Assembly: GCF_036489515.1 (NCBI RefSeq) | Contig: NZ_DASXFO010000067.1 | Location: forward strand, 4,251 to 68,250 | Reading direction: 5' to 3' | DNA: 64,000 bases | Source: Acidocella sp. | GTDB taxonomy: Bacteria; Pseudomonadota; Alphaproteobacteria; Acetobacterales; Acetobacteraceae | Shown here: positions 8,890 to 18,972 of the stretch, in pieces | Layout: the number at the start of each line of letters is the position of its first letter | How positions within the stretch are numbered: the stretch's first letter is position 1 | Notes under the pieces: generated by a model | What the model was told of the DNA's origin: nothing | Databases searched by the model: none | What the model saw: only the letters and a program-made list of their open reading frames with translations | Position numbers and translations under genes: made by a program

Positions 8890-9750
8890 ATGAACACCAG
8901 TCATCCAGCTCTGGCGGCCGGACGTGTCGCCGTCATCACCGGTGCGGCGAATGGCATCGGCCTCGCGGCCGCCAAGCGCTTTGCTTCCATGGGTATGAAA
9001 ATCGTCATGGCGGACCTGGCGTCAGAGGCCCTGCAGCTTGCGGCGCACGAAGTTGCGGCGGTGCAGCCGAACGGTCAGGCCGAGGTTCTGGTGGTCGCGA
9101 CCGATGTCAGCGATCTCGGCCAGGTCCAGGCGCTGGCGGACGCCGCTTACAGTCGCTTCGGTGAAGTGGCCGTGCTGATGAACAATGCGGGGATCGGTAA
9201 CGGCGGCGGGCCGTGGGAGCATATCGATCGTTGGCGGAAGGTCCTGGAGGTCAATCTGTGGGGCGTCATCAACGGCGTGCAGACATTCGCGCCGCGGATG
9301 CTGGCGCAAAAGACCGCCGGCGCCATCATCAATACCGGTTCGAAGCAGGGGATCACCTGCCCGCCGGGCAATACCGCCTATAACGTCAGCAAGGCCGGGG
9401 TGAAGGTGATGACCGAAGCTTTGGCGCATAGCCTGCGGAATGAGGCGGGCGCCCACATCTCCGCGCATCTGCTGATCCCGGGCTCGACCTTTACGGAAAT
9501 GACCCGCGCGGGTCTGACCGGCAAGGAAAGCACGGCCTGGACCGCGGATCAGGTGATCGACATGCTGGTGACAGAGATGGCGGCGGGCACGTTCTACATC
9601 CTCTGCCCCGATAACGAGGTGACACGCGATGTGGATAACCGCCGTATCCTCTGGGCCGCGCAGGACGTGATCAAAGGACGTCCGGCATTGTCGCGCTGGC
9701 ACGCTGACTACAAGGATGAGTTTCAGCGGTTTTTGAACGCCGATAAGTAA
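8890..9750 (+). CDS. Short-chain dehydrogenase/reductase
   Basis: ITGAANGIGLA (TGxxxGxG) and YNVSKAG (YxxxK). Confidence 0.85.
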   Translation: MNTSHPALAAGRVAVITGAANGIGLAAAKRFASMGMKIVMADLASEALQLAAHEVAAVQPNGQAEVLVVATDVSDLGQVQALADAAYSRFGEVAVLMNNAGIGNGGGPWEHIDRWRKVLEVNLWGVINGVQTFAPRMLAQKTAGAIINTGSKQGITCPPGNTAYNVSKAGVKVMTEALAHSLRNEAGAHISAHLLIPGSTFTEMTRAGLTGKESTAWTADQVIDMLVTEMAAGTFYILCPDNEVTRDVDNRRILWAAQDVIKGRPALSRWHADYKDEFQRFLNADK

Positions 9751-9889
9751 AAGAAAGTAGCCGCTTTTTAAAAAAAGCGGCGCAAAAACCTTTGCTAATG
9801 CTGGGCCATGGGCTTTGTCGGGGACAACGCCCATGGCTCAGGAGCAGAAAACTACTTTTTGTTCACAAAAAGTAGCCTTCCCTTCACTA
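9751..9889 (+). repeat. Mosaic repeat, copy 6 (full length)
   Basis: A-B-C architecture with the GAAAGTAGCCGC variant of A. The right terminus ...CCTTCACTA contains the pqiC stop codon (minus strand). Confidence 0.9.
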
Positions 9890-10474
9890 TTCTTGGAGGG
9901 CCGCCTGCGCCACGCCGGCAGCGATCTGATCGGCGGCGGACGCCCATAAAGCGCTCATGGCGGCGACAACATCGGGTGCCGTGGCGCCGGAGGCGAGCGT
10001 GCGGTTGATGGTCTGCACGCTCAGCAATGTATGGCCAGCGCCGGCTTTCAGGGCCACCTGCATGGTCAGTTCGACGGCGCCCACGGACGGATCAAAACGC
10101 AGCACGTTGATTTCGACCTGCAAATCGGACGGCATTTCGATGGAGCCGCCGCTGTCGATGACGGTGGCGCCGTTCAAGCGCTGCGCCAGATCTTCGACCA
10201 TCGTCGTTTGCAGCGTGTCGGCGAATGGACCGGCCCAGACGGAGTTGGGGAATGAACCGGCTTCGAAGCGGCTGACCGGCGTGGGGACGTTGCCCTGGTC
10301 GAGATAGGCAGGGATGCTGATCCGGCGGACGCTGATGGTGAGGGGCGCGACGTGCTCGATCGGCCCCGGCTCACTCGCCAACCGGTATTGTGTCACCGGC
10401 GCCGAGGTGCAGGCCGCGGTGAGGGCGGTCACCATGAAGGCGGCGATGGCACGGATCGATCGAGCCCGGTTCAT
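9887..10474 (-). CDS. pqiC: PqiC-type ABC-transport auxiliary lipoprotein
   Basis: Lipobox LTAAC. It follows pqiB with an ATGA overlap. Confidence 0.75.
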   Translation of the reverse strand: MNRARSIRAIAAFMVTALTAACTSAPVTQYRLASEPGPIEHVAPLTISVRRISIPAYLDQGNVPTPVSRFEAGSFPNSVWAGPFADTLQTTMVEDLAQRLNGATVIDSGGSIEMPSDLQVEINVLRFDPSVGAVELTMQVALKAGAGHTLLSVQTINRTLASGATAPDVVAAMSALWASAADQIAAGVAQAALQE

Positions 10475-12078
10475 TGGTTGCCCCGTCCCAGAAGCAACGC
10501 CTGAGGGTGGCGGTTCAGATAGTCCGCCAGCATCCTGATGGAACGCAGAGTGTCGTTTGCCTCATTCATGAGTTGGTCCAGGTTGCGTTGGAAATCTGAA
10601 TCGTTGCCGTAGGTTTGCGTCACCGTCTGCAGCGTGCCGTTCGCATTGCGCAGCGTCTTGTTGAGTTCCGTCAGGCTTTGTCCGATTTGCGGATTGGACA
10701 GTGTGCCGTTAGCCGTGGTCAGCAGCTTGTTGAGGTTGTTGCTGAGCTGATCGAAGGGCACTTTCGACAGATTGTTGGAGATGCTGGCGAGGGAATTGAT
10801 GATGTCGTCGAGTCCGCCGGACTGGCTGGGAATGACCAGGGCATCACCTTCTTTGGTGATCTTTGTCGGTTTGGCGCCGGCGATCCAGGCAAACGTAATC
10901 TCTTTCTGGCCGGTGACGTAGCTGACGGTGTCGAGCTGCGCGCGCAGGCCTTGATCGACCATTTTCTGGAGAACCTGGTCAGGACTTAGGGTCTTGGGGA
11001 ATTGTCCGGCCTCCAGAACGCGTTCCGGCTGGATCTCCATGAACACCCTGGCCTTGGCTGTGCCGGCGTAGGGATCGATGATGAGCTTGACGCTTTGCAC
11101 CACGCCGATCTGGATGCCGAGAACATCGACTGGTGCGCCGTGTGCCAGGCCCGCGACGGAGCTGGTGAAGTAGGAAACAACCGGAATTTGGTTCTGGTAG
11201 CCGGCGGATTTGGCGTCGTCGTGGGAGTCGAACAGGGGAAACACGGCGTTGTCGGGGCTGGGCGCGCTGCCCCTGCCTTCAAGTGGCAGATCGAAGGTCA
11301 CGCCTCCCGAGATGATGGCTTGCAAGGACTGAAATTCGATATGGAAGCCGCCGTTCTGAAATTGGGCGGTGATCCCGGACGATTTCCAGAAATGACTTTG
11401 TGGACGAATCAGATGGTCGAAGGGCGCTCGGACAAAAATATCCACGGTGACCGGGCCGAGACCGTTCCCGATATCATATCCAAGCACTTCGCCAACGACG
11501 ATGTCACGGTAGAAGACGGGCGAGCCGGCGGCCAACGAGCCGATGGTTTCGGTTTTCAGCTGGTAGGTTTGGCCCGGCTCGTCGGAGCGCACACCAGGGG
11601 GGCCTTCCAGGCCGGTAAAATGGTCTTGGTATTGGCCACCGGGCAGCCCCGGGTCGACGGCGATATAGGCGCCGGAGACGAGCGTCTCGAGGCCCGATAT
11701 GTTGCTGGCGCTAAAATTGGGCCGCACGACCCAGAACCGGGCATGGGAGGTGAGGAAGCGCCTGCCGATATCGTTCATGCGCACCCGGACCACCACCTGG
11801 CTGTTGTCGCTGCTGAGATCGACGCTTTCCACGGTGCCGAGGGCGACGGCCTTGTACTTGACCTGCGTCTGACCGGCCGTAATGCCTTCGCCGCTGGTAA
11901 AGGTGACGGTTAGCAGTGGCCCCTGTTCAAGAAGCGTTCGATACCCCAGATAAACGGCAATGACCGCGGCAATGAGCGGTACCAGCCAGACAAGGGAAAA
12001 GCGCGGGCGACGCACATGCGCGGGCGGCGGACTTTGCGGGGGCGGCGCGTTGCTGGTGGCGGGAGCGTCGACAGGCAT
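10471..12078 (-). CDS. pqiB: PqiB (MCE/MlaD-domain intermembrane transport protein)
   Basis: N-terminal TM segment followed by repeated MCE-like segments. I chose the ATG at 12078, just after the pqiA stop. Confidence 0.8.
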   Translation of the reverse strand: MPVDAPATSNAPPPQSPPPAHVRRPRFSLVWLVPLIAAVIAVYLGYRTLLEQGPLLTVTFTSGEGITAGQTQVKYKAVALGTVESVDLSSDNSQVVVRVRMNDIGRRFLTSHARFWVVRPNFSASNISGLETLVSGAYIAVDPGLPGGQYQDHFTGLEGPPGVRSDEPGQTYQLKTETIGSLAAGSPVFYRDIVVGEVLGYDIGNGLGPVTVDIFVRAPFDHLIRPQSHFWKSSGITAQFQNGGFHIEFQSLQAIISGGVTFDLPLEGRGSAPSPDNAVFPLFDSHDDAKSAGYQNQIPVVSYFTSSVAGLAHGAPVDVLGIQIGVVQSVKLIIDPYAGTAKARVFMEIQPERVLEAGQFPKTLSPDQVLQKMVDQGLRAQLDTVSYVTGQKEITFAWIAGAKPTKITKEGDALVIPSQSGGLDDIINSLASISNNLSKVPFDQLSNNLNKLLTTANGTLSNPQIGQSLTELNKTLRNANGTLQTVTQTYGNDSDFQRNLDQLMNEANDTLRSIRMLADYLNRHPQALLLGRGNQ

Positions 12079-12079
12079 T

Positions 12080-13408
12080 TTACGGGGTTCCGGGTTCCAG
12101 ATCGCGCGCGTGATGGGCATGGATTTGTGGTGCTTCGGCCGCGTCCCACATTAGACGCGGGTCGAAGGTGGAAACGGCGAACATCGTCAGCACGACGACG
12201 GCGGCAAAGCACGCGGCGCCCACTTCGGCGCGTACATAGGCGATTTCGCCGAAATGCACGAGTGCGACCAGAATCGATATCATGAAGACGTCAATCATTG
12301 ACCAGCGGCCGATGAATTCCACGATTTTGAAAGCATGGGTCCGGCCGACCAGGCGGCTGCTGCTGCCGGCCTGGGTGAGGATGAGCATGTATGCCAGGGA
12401 TATGAGCTTGGCGAGGGGAATGACCATGCTGGCAAAAAACACCAGAAGTGCCAGCGGCCATAGGCCATAACTCTCAAGTTCAACGATGCCGCCCATGATG
12501 GTGAAGGAATGGGAAGTTTCCAGCTGGGTAATCAGCATGACCGGGTAGATGTTCGCGGGCATGTAAAGGAGGGCTGCGGCGATCATCAGAGCCCAGCTGC
12601 GGCTGATGCTATAAGGCTTGCGATGGTGCAGGATTTCCTCGCAGCGGTGGCATCGTTCACCGGGATGGGCATGGTTGACCATGCCGCAGGCATGGCAGCC
12701 GATGTACGTGAAAGCCGGTCGATCGGCAGGCTGACGCGCAACATTTTCCGGGGCGGAAGGGCTGTCAGCCTCATGCAAGGCGCGCCAGACGGCCTCCTTG
12801 TCGAGGGCGGCATCGGCGGCGGCCATGGAGATCATCAAGCCGATGAGAAGATAAACTGCGGTGTCGAGATGAACCGTGGCGATGGCGGTGAGGCGCGTAT
12901 AAGCGACCAGAAACCCGAGGAGATAGACATCGATCATGGCCCAGGGAGCGACCGTTCCGTAGAAACGAAAGATCCTTTTGAGCACGCGGGGCGCCACAAA
13001 CCGGGTCTCCAGTCCAATCAGCGTGACCAGCATGATGCCAAGCTTGAGGCCGGGAAATATGACGGTGACGGCCAGGACGAGCAGGCCGACATTGGAGAAG
13101 TGCTGCAGGATCAGGCGCACAGGGCCGGTTTCAAGAAAGGCGAGTTGAAATCGCCCATACACCGAGATCTCCAGAAACGGCGCCACCAGCGCGAATATAT
13201 AAAACAGCAGGGCCGCAAGACCGCAGGCAAGAGGAAATTCAAACGGGACTCTCCGCATGCGCCACAAGGTATAATGACAGCGTGGGCAATCCGCGACCAG
13301 GCCCGGACGCATGTCCGGGAGGACCGAAAACAGGCCGCATCTTGGGCATTCCCGCCAAGCCTCGGTCGGTGATCCACAGGTCAATGTCGCCACGCCGGAA
13401 CCGGGCAT
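12080..13408 (-). CDS. pqiA: PqiA (paraquat-inducible protein A family)
   Basis: Two zinc-finger-like CxxC pairs (CPRC...CPRC and CHAC...CHRC), each followed by TM blocks. Confidence 0.8.
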   Translation of the reverse strand: MPGSGVATLTCGSPTEAWRECPRCGLFSVLPDMRPGLVADCPRCHYTLWRMRRVPFEFPLACGLAALLFYIFALVAPFLEISVYGRFQLAFLETGPVRLILQHFSNVGLLVLAVTVIFPGLKLGIMLVTLIGLETRFVAPRVLKRIFRFYGTVAPWAMIDVYLLGFLVAYTRLTAIATVHLDTAVYLLIGLMISMAAADAALDKEAVWRALHEADSPSAPENVARQPADRPAFTYIGCHACGMVNHAHPGERCHRCEEILHHRKPYSISRSWALMIAAALLYMPANIYPVMLITQLETSHSFTIMGGIVELESYGLWPLALLVFFASMVIPLAKLISLAYMLILTQAGSSSRLVGRTHAFKIVEFIGRWSMIDVFMISILVALVHFGEIAYVRAEVGAACFAAVVVLTMFAVSTFDPRLMWDAAEAPQIHAHHARDLEPGTP

Positions 13409-13636
13409 TACAAAGTGTGGTCTTGAGGGCTTGTCATTGCTTCGCCGGGGAAGGCGGCAACAGATGACTCGTTGCGCTGCGGAAATTCAGTGATTTACCC
13501 TTTCGATCAAGCTTCTGTGTCATGGTTCCGTGCAGATTTAGGCGATATGCTTTTCAGTCTGCAAGTCATGGGCGCTGGCGCCGACACGAGCGGCCGGGGC
13601 CGAGTCCCTTTTTACAGGATATGGGGAGCCGGAAGC

Positions 13637-14464
13637 TCAAAACCCCGTGCTTTTCAAAAGGGCGGGGAGCAGGTGAGAGTGAAGAATCATTTGCACGGCG
13701 GCGGACAGGATAAAAATCAGGACGATTGCACGGAAGATCGCGGGTGGTAAGGCGTCCCGGAGAGGCCGGCCTAATTGAATGCCGATCACGACGGGGATGG
13801 CTGCGAGTGCCGAAAACAACAGATCAGCTCCGCTGGCGTGGCGTGATTGCCCGAAAGTGAGGATCAGGGCCGCGATAGAGATGATTAGGACAAGGGCGAT
13901 CTGCTTGGTGAACTGCTTGCCCGTCGCACCTGTGGCCAACAGATAGGTCGCCAACAGCGGTCCGGGAATCGCGGAAATACCTTCCATCAGGCCACAAACA
14001 AACCCGACCACAAGACCGACCGGGCCTGCGGTCCGTTTGGGGAGTTTGAATTTTGGGGTGACCAGCAGCACCAGGCAGGCTGTGAGGAGGATGAGGCCGG
14101 CAAGGCCGACCGCAAGATGCCCCGGGATGCTGAGGAGAATTTTGACACCCAGCGCAATGCCGATGACGGTGCCGATCACGAGAAAGCCGATATGTTTGAG
14201 CGTCTTCCAGGTATGTCCGCCCTCGAAAGCCTGAGGGACATTGCCGATCATGATCGGCAATGAGAGCAGGAGCACCGCCTGTTTTACCGACAGAATGCCC
14301 GTCAGGAGCGGGAGGGCGACAAGCGGTACGCCAATGCTGACCACGCCCTTCACCAGCCCACCCACCAAAAGTGTACAAATGAGGATGAGCCACTCACGGG
14401 TCGAAAGAGCCTGCAAAGTCGGCCAGAGGAGACTGTGAGGGAAGGTAAGGTGAAACAGCGACAT
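13637..14464 (-). CDS. TauE/SafE-family anion exporter membrane protein
   Basis: 275 aa polytopic, Gly-rich hydrophobic protein with a two-half repeat pattern. Confidence 0.6.
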   Translation of the reverse strand: MSLFHLTFPHSLLWPTLQALSTREWLILICTLLVGGLVKGVVSIGVPLVALPLLTGILSVKQAVLLLSLPIMIGNVPQAFEGGHTWKTLKHIGFLVIGTVIGIALGVKILLSIPGHLAVGLAGLILLTACLVLLVTPKFKLPKRTAGPVGLVVGFVCGLMEGISAIPGPLLATYLLATGATGKQFTKQIALVLIISIAALILTFGQSRHASGADLLFSALAAIPVVIGIQLGRPLRDALPPAIFRAIVLIFILSAAVQMILHSHLLPALLKSTGF

Positions 14465-14514
14465 GGCGGTCGTGTAACGTTTGCCAGACGTATCGGCAAT
14501 GTAGGCTGGAAAAA

Positions 14515-14660
14515 GGAAGCAGCCGCTTTTTAAAAAAAGCGGCGCAAAAACTTCTTCTATGCTGGGCCATGGTCATTGTCGGCGACAACGCCCATGGCCC
14601 CAAGTTAACAAAGTTTTTTTGCTTCTTTTGGTTCACAAAAAGAAGTCTTTCCTCTTGCTT
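14515..14660 (+). repeat. Mosaic repeat, copy 7 (full length, slightly degenerate)
   Basis: A-B-C architecture. It lies between tandem minus-strand genes. Confidence 0.85.
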
Positions 14661-14683
14661 GCCCCTGCAGCTTCTAACTTTTT

Positions 14684-15697
14684 CTAAAAACCTTCCAAGA
14701 CCAGCTTGCCTTTTGTACTTCCGGATTCAAGAAGCGCGTGGGCGGTTTTCAAGTTGCCGGCGTTAATTTTGCCGAGCGTTTCACTGAGAGTTGTGCGGAT
14801 CGCCCCCGCATCGACGAGCCGCGACACTTCATTCAGCAGAGCGTGCTGGGCTTGAATGTCCGGGGTTTGGAACAGCGAGCGCGTGAACATGAGTTCCCAG
14901 TGAACGGAAATGCTCTTGCGCTTGAACGGCATGATGTCGAGCGTCGCCGGGTCATCAATGACGCAGAGGCGCCCTTGCGGCGCGATCAGTTCGACGATCG
15001 AGGCGAGATGCTGGTCCGTCTGGGTCGTGCAAAATACGAAACTGGGGGCGGCAAGACCCTGCGCGGCAATTTCCTGGGCGAGCGGCTTGCTGTGGTCCAG
15101 GACGTGATGAGCGCCAAGAGACCGGACCCAGTCCTGGGTTTCGGGCCGTGAGGCGGTCGCGATGATCGTGAGGTCGGTGAGCTGACGCGCCAGTTGAATG
15201 GCCATCGAGCCGACGCCGCCGGCACCGCCGATGATGAGGATCGAAGGTGCGATGCCACTCACGGGCCGTTTGACGTCGAGGCGGTCGAACAAGGCTTCCC
15301 AGGCGGTGATTGCCGTCAACGGAATGGCGGCCGACTCGGCCCAGTTGAGAGAGCGCGGCTTGGCGCCGACGAGGCGCTCATCCACCACATGAAATTCCGC
15401 GTTTGTGCCCGGGCGGGTGAGGGCGCCGGCGTAGAACACTTCGTCTCCGGCCTTGAACAGGCTCGTCTCGCTGCCCGTCGCGACGACGACGCCTGCCGCA
15501 TCCCACCCCAGGATTTTTGCAGACCCCGCTTCCGGCGCCACGCCCCGCCTTACTTTTGCATCCACGGGATTGACGGAGACGGCGCGGATTTCAACGAGCA
15601 GGTCCTTGGGGCCTGGAACAGGGGCTGGCGTTTCGATGTCGAGCAGCGCTTCTGCATGCTGAATGGGAAGGCAAGTTTTATAACCGACTGCGCGCAC
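14684..15697 (-). CDS. Zinc-type (MDR) alcohol dehydrogenase / quinone oxidoreductase family protein
   Basis: IIGGAGGVGSMAIQLA nucleotide-binding motif. GTG start with AGGAG 7 nt upstream. Confidence 0.8.
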   Translation of the reverse strand: MRAVGYKTCLPIQHAEALLDIETPAPVPGPKDLLVEIRAVSVNPVDAKVRRGVAPEAGSAKILGWDAAGVVVATGSETSLFKAGDEVFYAGALTRPGTNAEFHVVDERLVGAKPRSLNWAESAAIPLTAITAWEALFDRLDVKRPVSGIAPSILIIGGAGGVGSMAIQLARQLTDLTIIATASRPETQDWVRSLGAHHVLDHSKPLAQEIAAQGLAAPSFVFCTTQTDQHLASIVELIAPQGRLCVIDDPATLDIMPFKRKSISVHWELMFTRSLFQTPDIQAQHALLNEVSRLVDAGAIRTTLSETLGKINAGNLKTAHALLESGSTKGKLVLEGF

Positions 15698-15796
15698 GGA
15701 AATCTCCTAAAATAACTTGATGCTAATGTTGCTCTTCATGAAAATTTTCAAGTGCAGGATCAAGAGCCGCCTGTCTCGTGCTCCAGGCCGGCTTCT

Positions 15797-15952
15797 GGGA
15801 GAGAGGAAAGCGGCCGCTTTTTAAAAAAAGCGCCGCAAAAATTTTTATTGTGCTGGGCCATGGGCGATGTGACCGACAACGCCCATGGCCCAGCATAAAT
15901 AAAGTTTTTTTGCTTCTTTTTGTTCACAAAAAGAAGCCTTCCCCTTCGCTTC
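15797..15952 (+). repeat. Mosaic repeat, copy 8 (full length)
   Basis: A-B-C architecture with the GGGAGAGAGG left terminus also seen in copy 1. It lies in the divergent promoter region between the ADH gene and mmsA. Confidence 0.9.
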
Positions 15953-16059
15953 CTCGAGGTGCTTGCCCCTCGCCGGATCTGGACTAAAGTTCCAGATGAT
16001 CTTAAAAAATCGAATTCATTAAAGGCAAAAACTAAAATAATCGAAGGGAGTTTACGGCG

Positions 16060-17571
16060 ATGCAATCAGGATTTGGGGCGGGAATCACGATCCCTCATTT
16101 TGTCGGCGGCAAACCCTTGGTCGGCGCGGGACGCTTCGGCGATGTCTACAATCCTGCGACCGGGCATAGTGCCGCGAGGGTCCCGTTGGCCTCAGCGCAA
16201 GAGGTCGCCGATGTTGTGGCCATCGCCCAGGCGGCCTTTCCGGGCTGGGCGGCGCAAACGCCGTTGCGGCGGGCCAGGGTGATGTTCAAATTCAAGGAAC
16301 TGTTGGAACGCCATGCCGACGAGATTGCATCGATAATCTCAGCCGAGCACGGCAAGGCTGTCAGCGATGCGCTGGGTGAAATCATGCGGGGCCTCGAAGT
16401 GGTCGAGTTCGCCTGTGGAATACCGCAGCTTCTGAAAGGTGATTTCACCGAAGAAGTGGGGAAGGGCGTCGATAGCTGGTCGGTGAGACAGCCTTTGGGG
16501 GTCGTGGCAGGAATTACCCCCTTCAACTTTCCGGCCATGGTGCCGCTCTGGATGATCCCGGTGGCCTTGGCTTGCGGCAATTGCTTCGTTTTAAAGCCGT
16601 CAGAACGTGACCCATCGGCGTCCGTGCGGCTTGCCGAGCTGTTGCAGGAGGCTGGTCTTCCCGACGGCGTGTTTAACGTCGTTCATGGCGACAAAGAAGC
16701 CGTCGATGCGATTCTCGAAAACCCGGACATCAAAGCCGTCAGCTTTGTCGGTTCCACACCCATTGCGGAATATATTTACAAAACCGGCACGGGAAATGGC
16801 AAGCGTGTGCAGGCGCTGGGTGGTGCCAAGAATCACATGGTGATCATGCCTGACGCCGACATGGAACAAGCTGCGGATGCGCTCATGGGGGCTGCTTATG
16901 GTTCTGCTGGCGAGCGGTGCATGGCGATTTCTGTCGCCGTCGCGGTTGGTTCGGCGGGTGACAAGATTGTCGAGCGACTGATCCCCAGAATTGAGGCATT
17001 GAAGATTGGTCCTGGCGCCGACGCCGCTACTGAAATGGGTCCGCTCGTGACCAAGGCGCATTTGGACAAAGTGCACCGCTATGTCGAGATCGGGCTGGAG
17101 GAGGGCGCAAAACTGCTCGTGGACGGCCGAAACTTTCGCGCGCCTCAAGGGTATGAGGGGGGATTTTTTCTCGGCGGCTGCTTGTTTGATCATGTCTTGC
17201 CAAATATGAGGATCTACCAGGAAGAGATCTTTGGCCCCGTGCTGGGAGTCGTGCGGGTTGATTCCTTTGACGAGGCTGTCAAACTGGTCGATGACCACGA
17301 ATACGGAAATGGTACCGCGATTTTCACGCGCGATGGCGACGCAGCGAGGGACTTCGCGCATCGCATTCAGGTCGGTATGGTCGGCATTAACGTACCCATT
17401 CCCGTACCGATGGCATTCCATTCATTCGGCGGCTGGAAGCGTTCCTTGTTCGGCGACCATCATATGCATGGTAGTGAAGGGGTTCGTTTCTTTACAAAGC
17501 TCAAGGCTGTAACCTCAAGGTGGCCGACCGGTATTCGCAAGGGGGCCGATTTTATCATGCCGACGATGTAA
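16060..17571 (+). CDS. mmsA: CoA-acylating methylmalonate-semialdehyde dehydrogenase
   Basis: Aldehyde dehydrogenase fold with catalytic Cys in AGERCMAIS and an N-terminus IPHFVGGK typical of MmsA. GGGAG SD. Confidence 0.85.
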   Translation: MQSGFGAGITIPHFVGGKPLVGAGRFGDVYNPATGHSAARVPLASAQEVADVVAIAQAAFPGWAAQTPLRRARVMFKFKELLERHADEIASIISAEHGKAVSDALGEIMRGLEVVEFACGIPQLLKGDFTEEVGKGVDSWSVRQPLGVVAGITPFNFPAMVPLWMIPVALACGNCFVLKPSERDPSASVRLAELLQEAGLPDGVFNVVHGDKEAVDAILENPDIKAVSFVGSTPIAEYIYKTGTGNGKRVQALGGAKNHMVIMPDADMEQAADALMGAAYGSAGERCMAISVAVAVGSAGDKIVERLIPRIEALKIGPGADAATEMGPLVTKAHLDKVHRYVEIGLEEGAKLLVDGRNFRAPQGYEGGFFLGGCLFDHVLPNMRIYQEEIFGPVLGVVRVDSFDEAVKLVDDHEYGNGTAIFTRDGDAARDFAHRIQVGMVGINVPIPVPMAFHSFGGWKRSLFGDHHMHGSEGVRFFTKLKAVTSRWPTGIRKGADFIMPTM

Positions 17572-17584
17572 TATCCTGCGTGCA

Positions 17585-17733
17585 GGAAGCGGAGCAGAAG
17601 ACTTCTTTTTGTGAACAAAAAGAAGCAAAAAAACTTTATTAATTTGGGCCATGGGCATTGTCGGTGACAACGCCCATGGCCCAGCATCGTAAAAATTTTT
17701 GCGCCGCTTTTTTTAAAAAGCGGCCGCTTTCTA
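17585..17733 (-). repeat. Mosaic repeat, copy 9 (full length, inverted)
   Basis: C-B-A order on the plus strand. It lies between convergent mmsA and the LysR gene. Confidence 0.9.
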
Positions 17734-17740
17734 AACCTTG

Positions 17741-18640
17741 CTAAGCCAGATGCGTGCCAAGGTCTGCCGATGTCGCGATCGAGAGGAGCGTCCCGGCAAT
17801 CGGCGACAATGGTTCACGGTTCGGCAAAACGAGCCCTAACATCTGGGAAGCCGCGGGCTCGACAAGCGGCAATGCGCAAAGGTCAGGCATACCTCCGAGC
17901 ATGAGCTGGAATGTATGGGGCATGATGCTGGACCAGTTGCCCAAGGTCGTATGGGCATAGACGCCTAGGAATGTGTTGCTCACAACAACAGGACTGACAC
18001 GCGTGCCGACCGACGCCGTGATCTCGTCGATGATTTGGCGGTTTTGCATGGTTTCACTCAGCAAGCAGAGACGTTCCTTGGCCGCTTCCGCCCAGGTGAT
18101 TGTGCTCCTGTCTGCGAATTTTTCGCTGCGGCGGGTCACGAAAACATAGCGTTCCGTGTAGAGCGGAATGCAGCGGATATTTTCAAGTGGCTTGTGCTCG
18201 ATATAAGTGATGCCGGCATCAATCTCAAATGTCTCGATCGCGTTCTGGATGGCTCTCGAGGTCATCGATTGAACATTGATGGTGACATTGGGATGCTGCG
18301 AAGCATAAATCTGGGTGATAAAGGGGACTGCCGGCATTGCTGCGGGTATCACCCCGAGTTGAAGGGTGCCCGATAAACCGGACGGCGAGCCGCTCAGGCC
18401 TTCCCGTAGGCTGTCATAGTCGGAGAGGATGCGGCGCCCCCATTGCAGGACTTTTTCTCCGTCCGGCGTGAGCCCCATGAACCGGTGACCACGGACGACC
18501 AGGACAACTTGCAGATCTTCTTCAAGTTTTCGGATGGCGGCGGACAGGGTCGGCTGCGCTATATTGCAGATTTCGGCAGCGCGGGCGTAGTGTTTTTCAC
18601 GCGCCAGAGTCACAAAATAGGAAAGATGTCGGATTAACAT
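17741..18640 (-). CDS. LysR-family transcriptional regulator
   Basis: N-terminal HTH (ICNIAQPTLSAAIRKLE) and a LysR substrate-binding domain pattern. Confidence 0.85.
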   Translation of the reverse strand: MLIRHLSYFVTLAREKHYARAAEICNIAQPTLSAAIRKLEEDLQVVLVVRGHRFMGLTPDGEKVLQWGRRILSDYDSLREGLSGSPSGLSGTLQLGVIPAAMPAVPFITQIYASQHPNVTINVQSMTSRAIQNAIETFEIDAGITYIEHKPLENIRCIPLYTERYVFVTRRSEKFADRSTITWAEAAKERLCLLSETMQNRQIIDEITASVGTRVSPVVVSNTFLGVYAHTTLGNWSSIMPHTFQLMLGGMPDLCALPLVEPAASQMLGLVLPNREPLSPIAGTLLSIATSADLGTHLA

Positions 18641-18972
18641 TCAACGTGCCAGTTCATGAGGGGGAGTCTATAGGTCGATAAGATTGCCGATGGCGAGTAT
18701 CGGATTTTACGCGGTTGTGGACAAGGGAAGGCCTGAAATGCCACCCTATGAGATGCCATCTGTTTCAAGGTGACAGGTTTATGAAGGATGTCAGGCTCGG
18801 CTGGCAAGCCCCACCCACCCGAGGCCGCGCCAAGCTGCGGCGTGCTTCACACCATCCTGGCGGCCTGCCGATCATACGGTCGCGTCGCCCCTCCCAATCG
18901 AACGGATCGCGTCAATGGCCGCCTTGCCTGGCGAAGCGTCGCAGCCGAAAAGGCCACGCAACGGACCATGAT